Part shown: in pieces, positions 1-9,670 of the stretch
Layout: each line of letters begins with the position of its first letter
Position numbering within the stretch: position 1 is the first letter of the stretch
Source: an uncultured Candidatus Rokubacteria bacterium
GTDB taxonomy: Bacteria; Methylomirabilota; Methylomirabilia; Rokubacteriales; CSP1-6
Assembly (NCBI GenBank): GCA_963754315.1
Contig: CAVWFS010000018.1
Location: forward strand, 128,001-192,000
DNA: 64,000 nt
Reading direction: 5' to 3'
Notes under the pieces: generated by a model
Databases searched by the model: none
What the model saw: only the letters and a program-made list of their open reading frames with translations
What the model was told of the DNA's origin: nothing
Made by a program: the position numbers and the translations under genes

Positions 1-1
1 G

Positions 2-52
2 CCGCTGCGCGAGGTGGCGCATCTCGAGCGATATGGGCGCCCCTTCGAGTGA
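2..52 (+). CDS. 3' end of a gene truncated by the window edge, possibly nitroreductase family
   Basis: Frame 2 reads PLREVAHLERYGRPFE-stop, resembling nitroreductase C-termini; only 16 codons are visible. Confidence 0.3.
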   Translation, partial: PLREVAHLERYGRPFE

Positions 53-156
53 GGACCGGCCTCACGGCGTATGGCTCCGCCGCGACGGCGACGACCCTCC
101 CTAGCCGGAAGGCGCCACCCTTCGCCAGGACAGCCTATCTCGTCCGCCCCTCGACC

Positions 157-3100
157 TCAGAGGGCTTGCTGACGGCGCAATCTCGTGTATCCGATCCCGA
201 TCAGCACCAGCACCAGCGCGAGCATGGCCCACTCGGAGAGCGTGGGCACGGAAATCGTGCCCAGCCGGTTGCCAAAATTGTTTTCCTGGAGGTTTTGATT
301 CTCCGTGAGGGTGAGGGCGTAGCCAAACCCGCTGACACCGTCCCGACCGGAACAGTCGACGGCGGTCGGCGCGGTCTGAACCCAGCCGACCTGCACGGTC
401 TCACACACGGTGTAGGCGCCGGGCGCCAGCCCGGTGAAGTTGTAGGTGCCATCGGCTCCCGTGGTTGCCTGCTGATGGAAGCTCGGGTCGGCATTGCTGA
501 AGAGGTGGATCTGCCAGCCCGCCAGCACGGGCTCGTCCGCCTCGCGGGTGCCATTGCCGTTCAGGTCATTCCATTTGAGGCCGCCGATCTGCCCCGTGGG
601 CGGCACGATGGTCTGCCGGTTGCCGAAATTGTTTCCCTGGAGACTTTGATTCGCCGTGAGGGTGAGGGCGTAGCCAAATCCGCTGACGCCGGTCAGGCTC
701 GAGCAGTTGGCTCCGGAGGTCGGAGCGGTCTGAGTCCAGCTGGCCTGCACGGTCTCGCACACCGTGTAGGTGCCGGGCGCCAGCCCCGTGAAGTTGTAGG
801 TGCCATCGGCTCCCGTGGTTGCCTGTTGATGGAAGCTCGGGTCGGCATTATTGAAGAGGTGGATCTGCCAGCCCGCCAGGCCGGGCTCGCCCGCGTCGCG
901 GGTGCCGTTGCCATTCAGATCATTCCACTTCAGGCCGCCGATCTGGCCCGTGGGCGGCACAATGCTGAGCCGGTTTCCGAAGTCGTTTCCCGAGATAGTC
1001 TCGTTCGACCTGATGAGGAACGCGTAACCGAGACCGCTGACGCCGGAAAGGCCCGAGCAGTCGACGACCAGATCGCCGCTCACCAGAGCTCTCAGGAGTT
1101 CGGCCGGCGCCGTCTGGACCCATCCGGACTGAACGGTCTCGCACGCCGTGTAGAGGCCAGGAGCCAGCTCGGTGAAGCTATAGTCGCCATTGTCGTCCGT
1201 GGTGGTCTGCAGATGGAAGCTCGGGTCGGTGTTGCTGAAGAGATGGATCTGCCAGCCTGCCAGCCCCGGCTCACCTGGATCCATGACGCCGTTGCCGTTC
1301 AGGTCGTTCCACTTCTTGCCCGTCTTGACGCCGGCCGATGGCGTGATCAATCGATTCCCAAAGTCGATTCCGCTGACGACCTGCCCGCCCACGATGGTGA
1401 CGAGGTGGCCGAAGTCGCTGCCGGTCAGGGCTTGGCAGCTCGGCCCGCTGGTCGGGAAGGTCTGGGTCCAGCCCGCGATCAAGGTCTCACAGACCTGATA
1501 GCTGCCATCGGCAAGATTCGAGAAGGTATACGAGCCGTCCGCTCCCGTGAAGGTGTTGGCCACTTCGGAGCCGCCCATGAAGAGGTGGATGTGCCACACC
1601 AGCAACCCGGGCTCACCCGCATCCTGGATGCCGTTGCCGTTCAGGTCATTCCACTTGGTGCCCGTGATCTGCCCGGTCGGGGGATCCTGCCGGTTTCCGA
1701 AGTCGTTCCCCTGGAACGTTTCAGTACCCTGCGTCACGAGGAACCCGTAACCTAGCCCACTGACGCCTGGGAGACCCTCACAGCTGATGATCAACTCACC
1801 AGGAGGCGTGCTCACGAGGGTCGGAAAGGTCTGGGTCCATCCGGGCTGCAGCGTCTCGCAGGTCCGGTAGGAGCCAGGAGCGATGCCCGTGAAGCTGTAG
1901 TTGCCGTTCGCGTCGGTGGTGATCTGCTGATGGATGCTCGGGTCGCTGCCGAAGAGGTGGATCTGCCAGCCCGGAAGATTGGGCTCCCCCGGATCCTGGA
2001 CGCCATTGCCGTTCCGATCGTCCCACTTTCTGCCCGACTTGCTCGCGCGCGACGGCAGGGGGAACTGGTTCCCGAAGTCGATGTTGCTCACGGTCTGCCC
2101 GCTCGTAACGGGAACCTGGTGGCCCCACGGGCTGCCCGTCAGTGGACGGTCGAGGCAGTTCAACCCGCTGGACGGGAACGTCTGGGTCCAGTCCACCTTC
2201 AGGACCTCGCAGACGTCGTAGGTGCCGGGGGCAAGCCCCCCGAAGGAGTACGAGCCAGTGTCGTCCGTGAACGCACTGCCAATTCGCAAGGGGCCGAGGA
2301 AGAGGACAATTTCCCACCCGGCGAGCCCAGGGTCACCGGGTTCTCGCACGCCGTTGCCGTTCAGGTCATTCCACTTGACGCCCGTGATCTGCCCGGTCTG
2401 TGGTGGGCCGCACGTGGCGCTGCAGGTCGAGGGAAGCGTCACATAGCTCGGGAGCATCGGCGCGCCCCCACATGCAGTGCTGATGACTGGGCTGAAGCTC
2501 CCCTGCGTCGCCGGAAAGTCCGCGGTGGCGGTGACGGATCCGCACCCGCTCAGATTGATGACCCCGCTAGCACCGCCCATCAGGGGACTGCCCGTGGGCT
2601 GTGCGTTGCCGATGCCGGTCGCCCAGCTCAGCGGGCCGTTGAACGCGCGGATCGGGGCAGCAGCAGTCCCGATCTGGCCGCCAATGCCGAAGCCACCCGT
2701 GCCGACGATGTCGCCCTGGGCGGAGATATTGGCCCCATCCAGCGTGACGTTCTGGCTGGCCTGAATGTGAACCTGGCCGCCGTCGCCTCCGGCAGGCGTC
2801 GCATTGGCCTGGGCGACGTTGCCGGAGGCGATCACATCGGACGTGGTCGAGGCGATGTTGATGCGTCCGCCGTGCCCCGTGTTGACGCCCAGCATGTTGG
2901 CGTGAACGGCGAACTGGCTGAAGAAACCCTGGTTGTTCCCCGGAATCGGCACCGTGCGATCGTTGCCGGGCCCGTCGTTGATCGTGATCACACCGTTGGC
3001 AAAGATATCGATCCAGCTGCGCCCGCTCGACCCACCGGCGAAGCCGATGTCGGCGTTGATCTCGCCGTGATTGGTCCCCGTGCTGTCGATCAGAACGGTG

Positions 3101-3855
3101 TTTCCCGACCAGATCTCGACACAGGCCACCGAATTCGCAGGCTTGTCCGCTCGCGCGCAGTGATTCGGTGGCAGCGCGTGACCGTTGCCGGTGGACTCGA
3201 CCCGGCCAAGGATGGTCACGTCGCAACCCTCCAGATGCACGAGATCCGCTCCCGGATCCAAGCCTCGACTGCTCACCCGGCCAGCCCCGTCGATCGTCAG
3301 CCGGCAGCCGGCCTTGATCGTGATCGGCCCGCCACCGGGCGGCTGCACGGCGCCCGTGCCGGTGATGCCCCCGACCGATTCGACCAGACCTCCGATCATG
3401 ATCTGACCGGCACCCAGGGTGGTGATGGAGATGGGCCCGCCCGAGCAGGCATTGGACCGGATCTCCGAGCCGAGGCTGGTGACCACGTCTCCGTTCACCG
3501 TGATCGTGATGGGGACGCCGTTTCTCGGATTGCCACCGGCGCACTGCCCGTCCCCACCGGTGATTGCGCTGCCCGGGGCCATCACCAGGTCGCCTGACGT
3601 GATGTTGATCGTCAGCGGAGTCGGGGCGACGCCCGGAAGGGCCCTGATGGTTCCGCCCCCGAGCAGGCGCAGCGTCGTGTCGAAGGTCAGCACGCCGCTC
3701 ACGACAGGGCTCAGGACCGAAACCTGACACTCGCCGGCGACGACCACCCCGCCCACGGTCCCACAGTCATCGGCGCGCGCGCTCGCCGTGAGCCCAAGAA
3801 GCGCAGCCAGCGAAATCGCGAGAACGAGTGCTGCCGCCCTTGGCCGTCCGAGCAT
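157..3855 (-). CDS. Large secreted/surface protein: Gly-rich N-terminal region, six SdrD-B-like (Cna-B type) repeats, C-terminal IPTL-CTERM-like sorting signal
   Basis: Signal peptide MLGRPRAAALVLAISLAALLGLTASARA from ATG 3855; six repeats of G-x-KW(N/D)DxNGNG...GW(Q/E/H)IxL...NFGN; tail VPTLSEWAMLALVLVLIGIGYTRLRR (motif, TM helix, basic residues). Confidence 0.85.
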   Translation of the reverse strand: MLGRPRAAALVLAISLAALLGLTASARADDCGTVGGVVVAGECQVSVLSPVVSGVLTFDTTLRLLGGGTIRALPGVAPTPLTINITSGDLVMAPGSAITGGDGQCAGGNPRNGVPITITVNGDVVTSLGSEIRSNACSGGPISITTLGAGQIMIGGLVESVGGITGTGAVQPPGGGPITIKAGCRLTIDGAGRVSSRGLDPGADLVHLEGCDVTILGRVESTGNGHALPPNHCARADKPANSVACVEIWSGNTVLIDSTGTNHGEINADIGFAGGSSGRSWIDIFANGVITINDGPGNDRTVPIPGNNQGFFSQFAVHANMLGVNTGHGGRINIASTTSDVIASGNVAQANATPAGGDGGQVHIQASQNVTLDGANISAQGDIVGTGGFGIGGQIGTAAAPIRAFNGPLSWATGIGNAQPTGSPLMGGASGVINLSGCGSVTATADFPATQGSFSPVISTACGGAPMLPSYVTLPSTCSATCGPPQTGQITGVKWNDLNGNGVREPGDPGLAGWEIVLFLGPLRIGSAFTDDTGSYSFGGLAPGTYDVCEVLKVDWTQTFPSSGLNCLDRPLTGSPWGHQVPVTSGQTVSNIDFGNQFPLPSRASKSGRKWDDRNGNGVQDPGEPNLPGWQIHLFGSDPSIHQQITTDANGNYSFTGIAPGSYRTCETLQPGWTQTFPTLVSTPPGELIISCEGLPGVSGLGYGFLVTQGTETFQGNDFGNRQDPPTGQITGTKWNDLNGNGIQDAGEPGLLVWHIHLFMGGSEVANTFTGADGSYTFSNLADGSYQVCETLIAGWTQTFPTSGPSCQALTGSDFGHLVTIVGGQVVSGIDFGNRLITPSAGVKTGKKWNDLNGNGVMDPGEPGLAGWQIHLFSNTDPSFHLQTTTDDNGDYSFTELAPGLYTACETVQSGWVQTAPAELLRALVSGDLVVDCSGLSGVSGLGYAFLIRSNETISGNDFGNRLSIVPPTGQIGGLKWNDLNGNGTRDAGEPGLAGWQIHLFNNADPSFHQQATTGADGTYNFTGLAPGTYTVCETVQASWTQTAPTSGANCSSLTGVSGFGYALTLTANQSLQGNNFGNRQTIVPPTGQIGGLKWNDLNGNGTREADEPVLAGWQIHLFSNADPSFHQQATTGADGTYNFTGLAPGAYTVCETVQVGWVQTAPTAVDCSGRDGVSGFGYALTLTENQNLQENNFGNRLGTISVPTLSEWAMLALVLVLIGIGYTRLRRQQAL
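264..960. repeat. Near-identical intragenic tandem duplication (period about 351-354 bp) encoding SdrD-B-like repeats 5 and 6
   Basis: gccggttgcc(a/g)aaattgttt...gtgagggtgagggcgtagccaaa at 264 and 615; ggtgccatcggctcccgtggttgcctg at 445 and 799. Confidence 0.85.
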
Positions 3856-4233
3856 AATACGCTCCCTCCGCCATCTTTCGCGTCGCTCGGACTGCAAAGG
3901 TCCGCGCCACGCTTCTGAATGTCTGGTCAGCGAGCCTAGGTCAAACTAGCATAACCAGGGCGGGGACTTAGAATCTTATATCTCATACGTCACCCGATGT
4001 GCCCTTCGGCCTTGTCCCGTTGCGCGCTACCATCGATTCGACCGGGCCCCTTTGTGCCGCGTCTCCCCCATCAGCTTCGCCGCTGCACGTCATTCTCACC
4101 CGCAATTATTCGGGTGTACCCACCCGCGGCGGACTGCACCGTCAGCAGGCTCGACCTGGGCGACGGGGCGCGATACCTTTTACCTTTATCTGGTGTGCGG
4201 GACTTGGCAACGCCAGTCGGCAAGGAGCGCGTG

Positions 4234-5244
4234 ATGGGAGAGCAACTCGGGCGCCGGGATTTTCTCGAGAAGACGACCGTGTTGGCTGCGGCCAGCATGC
4301 CAGTCGTATCCATCTTGTGGTCGACCCCCGCTCGGGCGACGGGTGGGGCAGGAGGATCCCTCATGAAGACAGCGTATGATCCAGCGGCGAAGTTCGACCT
4401 CAAGGTGAGCGACGTCGAGTTTCGGCGCACGGCGAGCGGGCGAATGCTGATGGCGCGTCTCTATCAACCGCAGGGTGTCGGACCGTTCCCGACCTTGCTC
4501 GATCTGCACGGGGGCGCCTGGAACAACAAGGACCGCCTGGCCAACGAGCCGATGGACCGCGCGGTGGCGGCAAGCGGGGTGCTCGTGGTGGCCATCGACA
4601 TGACCCTGGCGCCGGAAGCCCCCTATCCGGCTTCGGTGCAGGACGCGAACTACGGAGTCCGCTGGCTCAAATCGAGAGCGGCCGAGTGGAACGGAGACGC
4701 GGCGAATCTCGGCGTGCTGGGTAGCTCCAGCGGCGGGCACGTCGCCGAGCTGCTGGGCCTGCGCCCGCGCGACGCGCGCTACAACGCGATTCCGCTGGTG
4801 TCGACCCCAAGCGTCGATGCGACAGTGGCGTACGTGGCCACGCGGTCTCCGATCAGCGACACCTACGCGCGCTTCCAGCAGGCGGAGAAAATGAAGCGCG
4901 AGGGGATGATCAAGAACAACAAGACCTACTTTCAACCGTGGGAGACCATCTTCGAGGGCAATCCCCAGCAGATCCTCGATCGTCGCGAGGCGGTGACCCT
5001 TCCGCCGCTGCTGATCATGCAAGGGGGCCTCGACGACAACGTGTTGCCGGCCCTCCAGGAGAAATTTGCCGCGTCCTACCGAGCGGCCGGCGGCGAGTGC
5101 GAGCTTCACGTCTTCGAAGGGTGCGAGCACGAGTGGGTCGCCAAGCCGGGACCGCAGACCGACCGTGCCCACGAGATGGTGAAGGCGTTCATCGCGCGCA
5201 ATCTGGCGGCGGCCGCTCGCGCTCCTCGCGGAGCCCCTCGGTGA
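4234..5244 (+). CDS. Tat-exported alpha/beta hydrolase (HSL-like esterase)
   Basis: AAGGAG upstream of ATG 4234; Tat motif RRDFL; HGGAW oxyanion motif; GSSSGG nucleophile elbow. Confidence 0.8.
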   Translation: MGEQLGRRDFLEKTTVLAAASMPVVSILWSTPARATGGAGGSLMKTAYDPAAKFDLKVSDVEFRRTASGRMLMARLYQPQGVGPFPTLLDLHGGAWNNKDRLANEPMDRAVAASGVLVVAIDMTLAPEAPYPASVQDANYGVRWLKSRAAEWNGDAANLGVLGSSSGGHVAELLGLRPRDARYNAIPLVSTPSVDATVAYVATRSPISDTYARFQQAEKMKREGMIKNNKTYFQPWETIFEGNPQQILDRREAVTLPPLLIMQGGLDDNVLPALQEKFAASYRAAGGECELHVFEGCEHEWVAKPGPQTDRAHEMVKAFIARNLAAAARAPRGAPR

Positions 5245-5331
5245 GGGTGTCCGACCACCGACGGCCGAAGGCGAGCAACAGGAGAACTGGGTGACTGCCG
5301 CGACCATCGAGACCTTGAAGAGGAGGCGCGC

Positions 5332-6414
5332 ATGCATGCCGGCCTGGTGATGGAATGCGACTATCGCGAGGGGAGGACGCAGGAGGAGGCGTTTGCCGAG
5401 GCGATGGACATCGCCGAGATTGCGGAGACGCAAGGGCTCGACGGCGTCTGGCTGGCCGAGCGGCACTTCGCCATGCACCGGAGACCGACCGATCCGATGG
5501 GCGCCGGCATCCCGTCGATCGCCTCCGTGCCGCTCGTGCTGGCCGCGGCCATCGCCGCCCGCACGTCCCGCCTCCGGATCGGCACCGGCGTCAGCGTCCT
5601 CCCGCTCTGTCACCCCATCCGCACGGCCGAGGAGGCGGCCACCGTCGATCAGATCAGCCAGGGCCGGCTCGACTTCGGCGTGGGACGCAGCGGTTTTCCC
5701 CGCGCCTACGCTGGCTATGGCATTCGCTACGACGAGAGCCGCGAGCGGTTCCAGGAATCACTCGACGTTATTCTCAAGGCGTGGACACAGGACGGGTTCT
5801 CGCACACGGGGCGATATTTCACGTTCGACAATCTGACCGTCGTGCCGCGCCCCTATCAGAAGCCTCACCCGCCGATCTGGGTGGCGGCCACCACTCACGA
5901 CACGTTTCCCATGGTCGGTCGCATGGGCTTCTCGCTGGTCACGGGCCTGCGCGGCTTCGATGCCCCCGAGGCTGTCCAGCACCTGCAAGCGTACCGTACG
6001 GCGTTGCGAGAGGCGGGACATCCGGGCGATGGCAACGTTTACTTGCGCATTCCGGTCTACGTCGCGGCCACCGCGAGCCAGGCGCGCGCAGAGCCGGAAG
6101 AGAGCACCATGAGGTCGTATCGCCGGTTGGCCGAGAACTTTGCCTCGTCGGTCGGCGCGTCGGGGACAACCGTTTCGGAAGAGCGGGCAGAGCGGGCTGA
6201 GCGCCTCGCCAACCTGACCTACGACGACGTGCTGCGCGATCGGGTGGCCTACGGCACCCCCGACATGGTCGTCGATCGGCTGAGTCAACTGCGCGACGAG
6301 CTTGGCCTGTCGGGGGTTATCGTGGAGCCGAATGTCGGCGGGCGCATCCCGCTCGAGCGCGTCCTCAGCTCGATCCGCCTCTATGCGCAGGAGGTCGCTC
6401 CGCGTCTGCATTGA
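5332..6414 (+). CDS. LLM-class flavin-dependent oxidoreductase
   Basis: AGGAGG RBS; WLAERHF, RLRIGTGV, GRLDFGVGR, PRPYQKPHPPIW motifs. Confidence 0.9.
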   Translation: MHAGLVMECDYREGRTQEEAFAEAMDIAEIAETQGLDGVWLAERHFAMHRRPTDPMGAGIPSIASVPLVLAAAIAARTSRLRIGTGVSVLPLCHPIRTAEEAATVDQISQGRLDFGVGRSGFPRAYAGYGIRYDESRERFQESLDVILKAWTQDGFSHTGRYFTFDNLTVVPRPYQKPHPPIWVAATTHDTFPMVGRMGFSLVTGLRGFDAPEAVQHLQAYRTALREAGHPGDGNVYLRIPVYVAATASQARAEPEESTMRSYRRLAENFASSVGASGTTVSEERAERAERLANLTYDDVLRDRVAYGTPDMVVDRLSQLRDELGLSGVIVEPNVGGRIPLERVLSSIRLYAQEVAPRLH

Positions 6415-6462
6415 CACTTCGCTCGCCTGCGTCGCGGCGGTCGGCAGGCGGCGGCGCCTGCC

Positions 6463-7653
6463 TCAGCCCCACAGCCGCTCGGAGGCGATCCGGGCACCCT
6501 GCACGAGAGCCTCGAACTTGGCCCACATGACGGTCGGGTGCTGGCGCTGGAACAGGGCGCCCTGAGCAAAGCCGCAATCGGCGCCGGCAATGACGCGTTC
6601 GCGGCCCACGATGCTGGCGAAGTTCACGAGGCGCTCGGCCACCGTCTCCGGGTGCTCGACCACGGCAGTGGTGTGGGCGATCACCCCGGGGATGAGCACC
6701 TTGCCCTCGGGCAGCCGCACATCCTTCCACACACGCCACTCGTAAGCATGTCGTGGGGTGGCAGCCTCGATGGAATAGGCCTGGGCACGGACCCGTAACA
6801 CGAGATCGACAACGTCACGCAGGCCGAGGTCATGAAGGTGCGGCCCCTGCCAGCTCCCCCAGCAGAGGTGGTAGCGGATTCGGTCCTCGGGAAGGCCGGC
6901 CAGGGCGTGGTTGAGGGCGTCGAGATTCCTGGCCTGCATCTTCCGGTAGTCTTCGAGGGGCGGGGCTGGGATCAGCATGTCCCACGTCTCGCCAAGACCG
7001 GGATCGTCGATCTGAAGGATAAAGCCGGCGTCGACGATGGCCCGATACTCGACCTTGAGGGCCTCGGCGATGGCGAAGACGTAGGCCTCCTCGGTCGGGT
7101 AGAAGCGATTCTGGCCCCGGCCGACCATGGCCGGCGCGATGGCGGGCACGAAGGCTTCGGCGACGCCCACGCCCTGGAGGGCGGCGCGGAGGGTCGCGAG
7201 GTCCCGCTGCAATAGCGCTTGGCCCTTATAGGTGATAGGTCCCTCGCACACCGTGGGGGGCGAGGCCAGCGGCATCTCCCGCGGCAGGTAGTCCGCGTAG
7301 TACTCGCGGAAGGCGCGCCACTCGCGTCGACTGTCCACGCGTCGCGCCCACAGGCCGGCGCCGGTCAAGGTGGCGCTCGGGTCAGTCCCGGCAGCCGGCG
7401 CGAAGCCCGTCAACCGCTCGTCGGTGTACGCGAGGAAGCTCGTCTTGCTCATCTCGCCGTCGGACACGATATCGAGGCCGACTTCGGCCTGCCTCCGGAC
7501 CACGTCGGCCACGGCCTCGGCGGCTCGGGCCGCCAGATCGCTCTCGTCGATCGACTGGCCGGCCAGGCGTGCCCGGAGGAGGGCCCGGATGCTCTCGGGA
7601 CGCGGAATGCTTCCGACGTGGGTAGTCAGGATGCGATCGGTGCTGGTCTTCAT
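6463..7653 (-). CDS. Cobalamin-independent methionine synthase II family protein (MetE C-terminal-like)
   Basis: MKTSTDRILTTHVGSIPRP start; Zn ligands HLCWG and DCG; ATGA overlap with the upstream amidohydrolase stop. Confidence 0.85.
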   Translation of the reverse strand: MKTSTDRILTTHVGSIPRPESIRALLRARLAGQSIDESDLAARAAEAVADVVRRQAEVGLDIVSDGEMSKTSFLAYTDERLTGFAPAAGTDPSATLTGAGLWARRVDSRREWRAFREYYADYLPREMPLASPPTVCEGPITYKGQALLQRDLATLRAALQGVGVAEAFVPAIAPAMVGRGQNRFYPTEEAYVFAIAEALKVEYRAIVDAGFILQIDDPGLGETWDMLIPAPPLEDYRKMQARNLDALNHALAGLPEDRIRYHLCWGSWQGPHLHDLGLRDVVDLVLRVRAQAYSIEAATPRHAYEWRVWKDVRLPEGKVLIPGVIAHTTAVVEHPETVAERLVNFASIVGRERVIAGADCGFAQGALFQRQHPTVMWAKFEALVQGARIASERLWG

Positions 7654-8849
7654 CCCTTGAGCCGTGGGCAGAGGCGCAGCGCGTTTTCGCCTAGCATCTT
7701 GCGCTTGGCGTCTGCCGAGAGACCAGCGCGCGTGGTGACCTGCTGCACGCTCTCCGGCCAGGCGCTGTCGCCATGCGGCCAGTCCGTGGCGAACAGCCAC
7801 AAGTCCTCGCCCAGTTCGCTGACGCAAAATTCCATCGAGCGCTCCCAGCTGTCGATGGCGTGAAAGTAGCGACCCTCGGCAACGACCTCGCGCGGAAGGC
7901 GCTTGAGGTTGGGCACATGGTCGGGCGACATGACGTAGTGGGTATCCAGTCGGTCGAGAGCCAGGGGCAGCCAGCCGCCGCCGGTCTCGATAATGGCCAC
8001 GCGCAGATACGGGAACTGCTCGAACACGCCGCCACCGATGAGGGCCCCCAGGGCAGCCATGCCCGCCCAGGGGTTGCCGAAGCTGTGGAGCAGGAACCAG
8101 GCGCCGTCGAGATCGAAGGTGCCCGGCGCGTACGGTGGCCGCGCGGTGCCACCGTGGACGAGGATGGGCAGGTCGAGGTCCTGAGCAACCTGGTAGAGCG
8201 GGTGCAAGCCCGGGTAGTCGAGGAGCTTGCCCTCCGGCGCCTGCGGCGAGAGGTAGACGCCGACCAAGTTTTGGTCGCGCTCGGCCCAGTGCCTGATCTC
8301 GAGAACGCCGGCGTCGACGTCGCGCATGTTGGCAACCAACGCCCACTTGAGGCGGCTGGGGGCCTTGGCGCAGAAGTCAGACACCCAGCGGTGATAGGCG
8401 CGGTACAGCGCGTTCTCGAAGCCGGTGTCGCGCAGGGCACAGTAGCTGGAGACGTGCGTGGGGTAGAGCACGGCCACGTCAACCTGAGCACGGTCCATGT
8501 CCTCCAGCCTGGCGGCGACATCCCAGCTCACCTCGGGGCGGATCGGTGGCAGAGCCTCGGTCCGCCCGGGCGGGAAGGCCAGCCGGCCGCGTTCCATCCC
8601 CGAGCGGCGGCTCAGGCCAAAGGTGTCGCGTACGCCGAGCGGCCGTCCGGTCTCGATTGGCTCGATGATCGCCGTGCGCCGGCCCACGAGAGCGTACGGC
8701 TCACCGGCCCTGGCCTGGGCGGCAATCGCCTCGCACAGGCGCTGGTAGGGCTCGCGGTAGGCGGGGTCGATATAGTCCCCGTAGAACCTGTCGATACGTT
8801 CGCGGATGTGGGCGTCGAGGTCGATCACCGTGTGGCCGTTCCAGCTCAT
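7650..8849 (-). CDS. Amidohydrolase family (amidohydrolase_2) protein
   Basis: AGGAGG RBS; IDLDAH, ILVHG, ETGGGW, FATDWPH, LGENALRL motifs. Confidence 0.85.
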   Translation of the reverse strand: MSWNGHTVIDLDAHIRERIDRFYGDYIDPAYREPYQRLCEAIAAQARAGEPYALVGRRTAIIEPIETGRPLGVRDTFGLSRRSGMERGRLAFPPGRTEALPPIRPEVSWDVAARLEDMDRAQVDVAVLYPTHVSSYCALRDTGFENALYRAYHRWVSDFCAKAPSRLKWALVANMRDVDAGVLEIRHWAERDQNLVGVYLSPQAPEGKLLDYPGLHPLYQVAQDLDLPILVHGGTARPPYAPGTFDLDGAWFLLHSFGNPWAGMAALGALIGGGVFEQFPYLRVAIIETGGGWLPLALDRLDTHYVMSPDHVPNLKRLPREVVAEGRYFHAIDSWERSMEFCVSELGEDLWLFATDWPHGDSAWPESVQQVTTRAGLSADAKRKMLGENALRLCPRLKG

Positions 8850-8959
8850 GGGTTCCTCCTGATGGATCGCAGTCCGCCGCGGCCCGGGAGCATCTTGCCA
8901 CCGAAGCCACCCCGCCGTCGCGTGGTACGAGAAGCGGCCAATCGCGACGGCTCTGGCAG

Positions 8960-9493
8960 CTACCGGGCGGGAGTGATCTCGTCGATGAGGCCGTAGTCGA
9001 GCGCCTCTTGCGCGTCGAGATAGCGTCCACGCCGCATGTCCTCTGCGATCTCCTCGGCAGGTCGACCCGTGCGGTGCGCCAAGCGCACATAGAGCTTCCA
9101 CAGCAGCTCCTGCTGCTGGCGGCTTAGCGCGGCGATCTCCGCGGGGGGGCCGGTAAACCGCGCTGACGGCTGGCGCAGATGGAAACGCGCGTGGGGTACG
9201 GCGGCGCGGTGATCGGCGGCGGCGGCGACGCCCACGGCGGGACCGCCGACCTGACCGCGGCACAGGGCGCGCAGCATCGAGCGCAAGGTGTCAGCCGTGT
9301 CGATGAGGACGAACGCCGCTTCGAGCGTGCCGTCGGGACTGTCCAGGTGGAGGTCGATAACCTGGTTCTCGCGAGCGTCCAGCGCCAGAAGGGCAGCGGC
9401 CCCCCGAGCCGCGGCGTCACCGTCGAGGCGGCCCGTGACGAGCACGATGCGGCGCTCGAAGAGCTGTTCTTGCAGCCATCCTTCGAGGCTCAT
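8960..9493 (-). CDS. ClpP-family protein, probably catalytically inactive
   Basis: LFERRIV, LHLDSPDG, TGRPAEEIAEDM, AQEALDYGLIDEI match the ClpP fold; the Ser, His and Asp positions read G, R and G. Confidence 0.8.
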   Translation of the reverse strand: MSLEGWLQEQLFERRIVLVTGRLDGDAAARGAAALLALDARENQVIDLHLDSPDGTLEAAFVLIDTADTLRSMLRALCRGQVGGPAVGVAAAADHRAAVPHARFHLRQPSARFTGPPAEIAALSRQQQELLWKLYVRLAHRTGRPAEEIAEDMRRGRYLDAQEALDYGLIDEITPAR

Positions 9494-9670
9494 ACCCCGA
9501 GCGTACCGTACGTAACATTCCCAGAATGCAATGGCTTCTCCCCACTTACTTCCCGTGATCGCAGCGCCACCTGCCAGGCCCGGAATAGCCGAGCAAACCT
9601 TGACCCGCGGCCGCGGTCGCACGACAATGCCAGCCGATCCCCGCGCTCGCCCAGGGAGGGAGTTGACCCG

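Noticed and set aside
49..1755. 568-aa repetitive + strand ORF (and 1930..3597)
   Set aside because: Antisense shadow of the SdrD-repeat gene; its repeats mirror the real gene, and long shadow ORFs are expected at high GC
264..2400. Regularly spaced DNA repeats as a possible CRISPR array
   Set aside because: The period is about 350 bp and the repeats are in-frame protein domains; no short repeat-spacer structure and no cas genes
6463..7653. Calling the gene metE
   Set aside because: Single-domain family with many paralogs of unknown function; the context is catabolic, so methionine synthesis is unsupported
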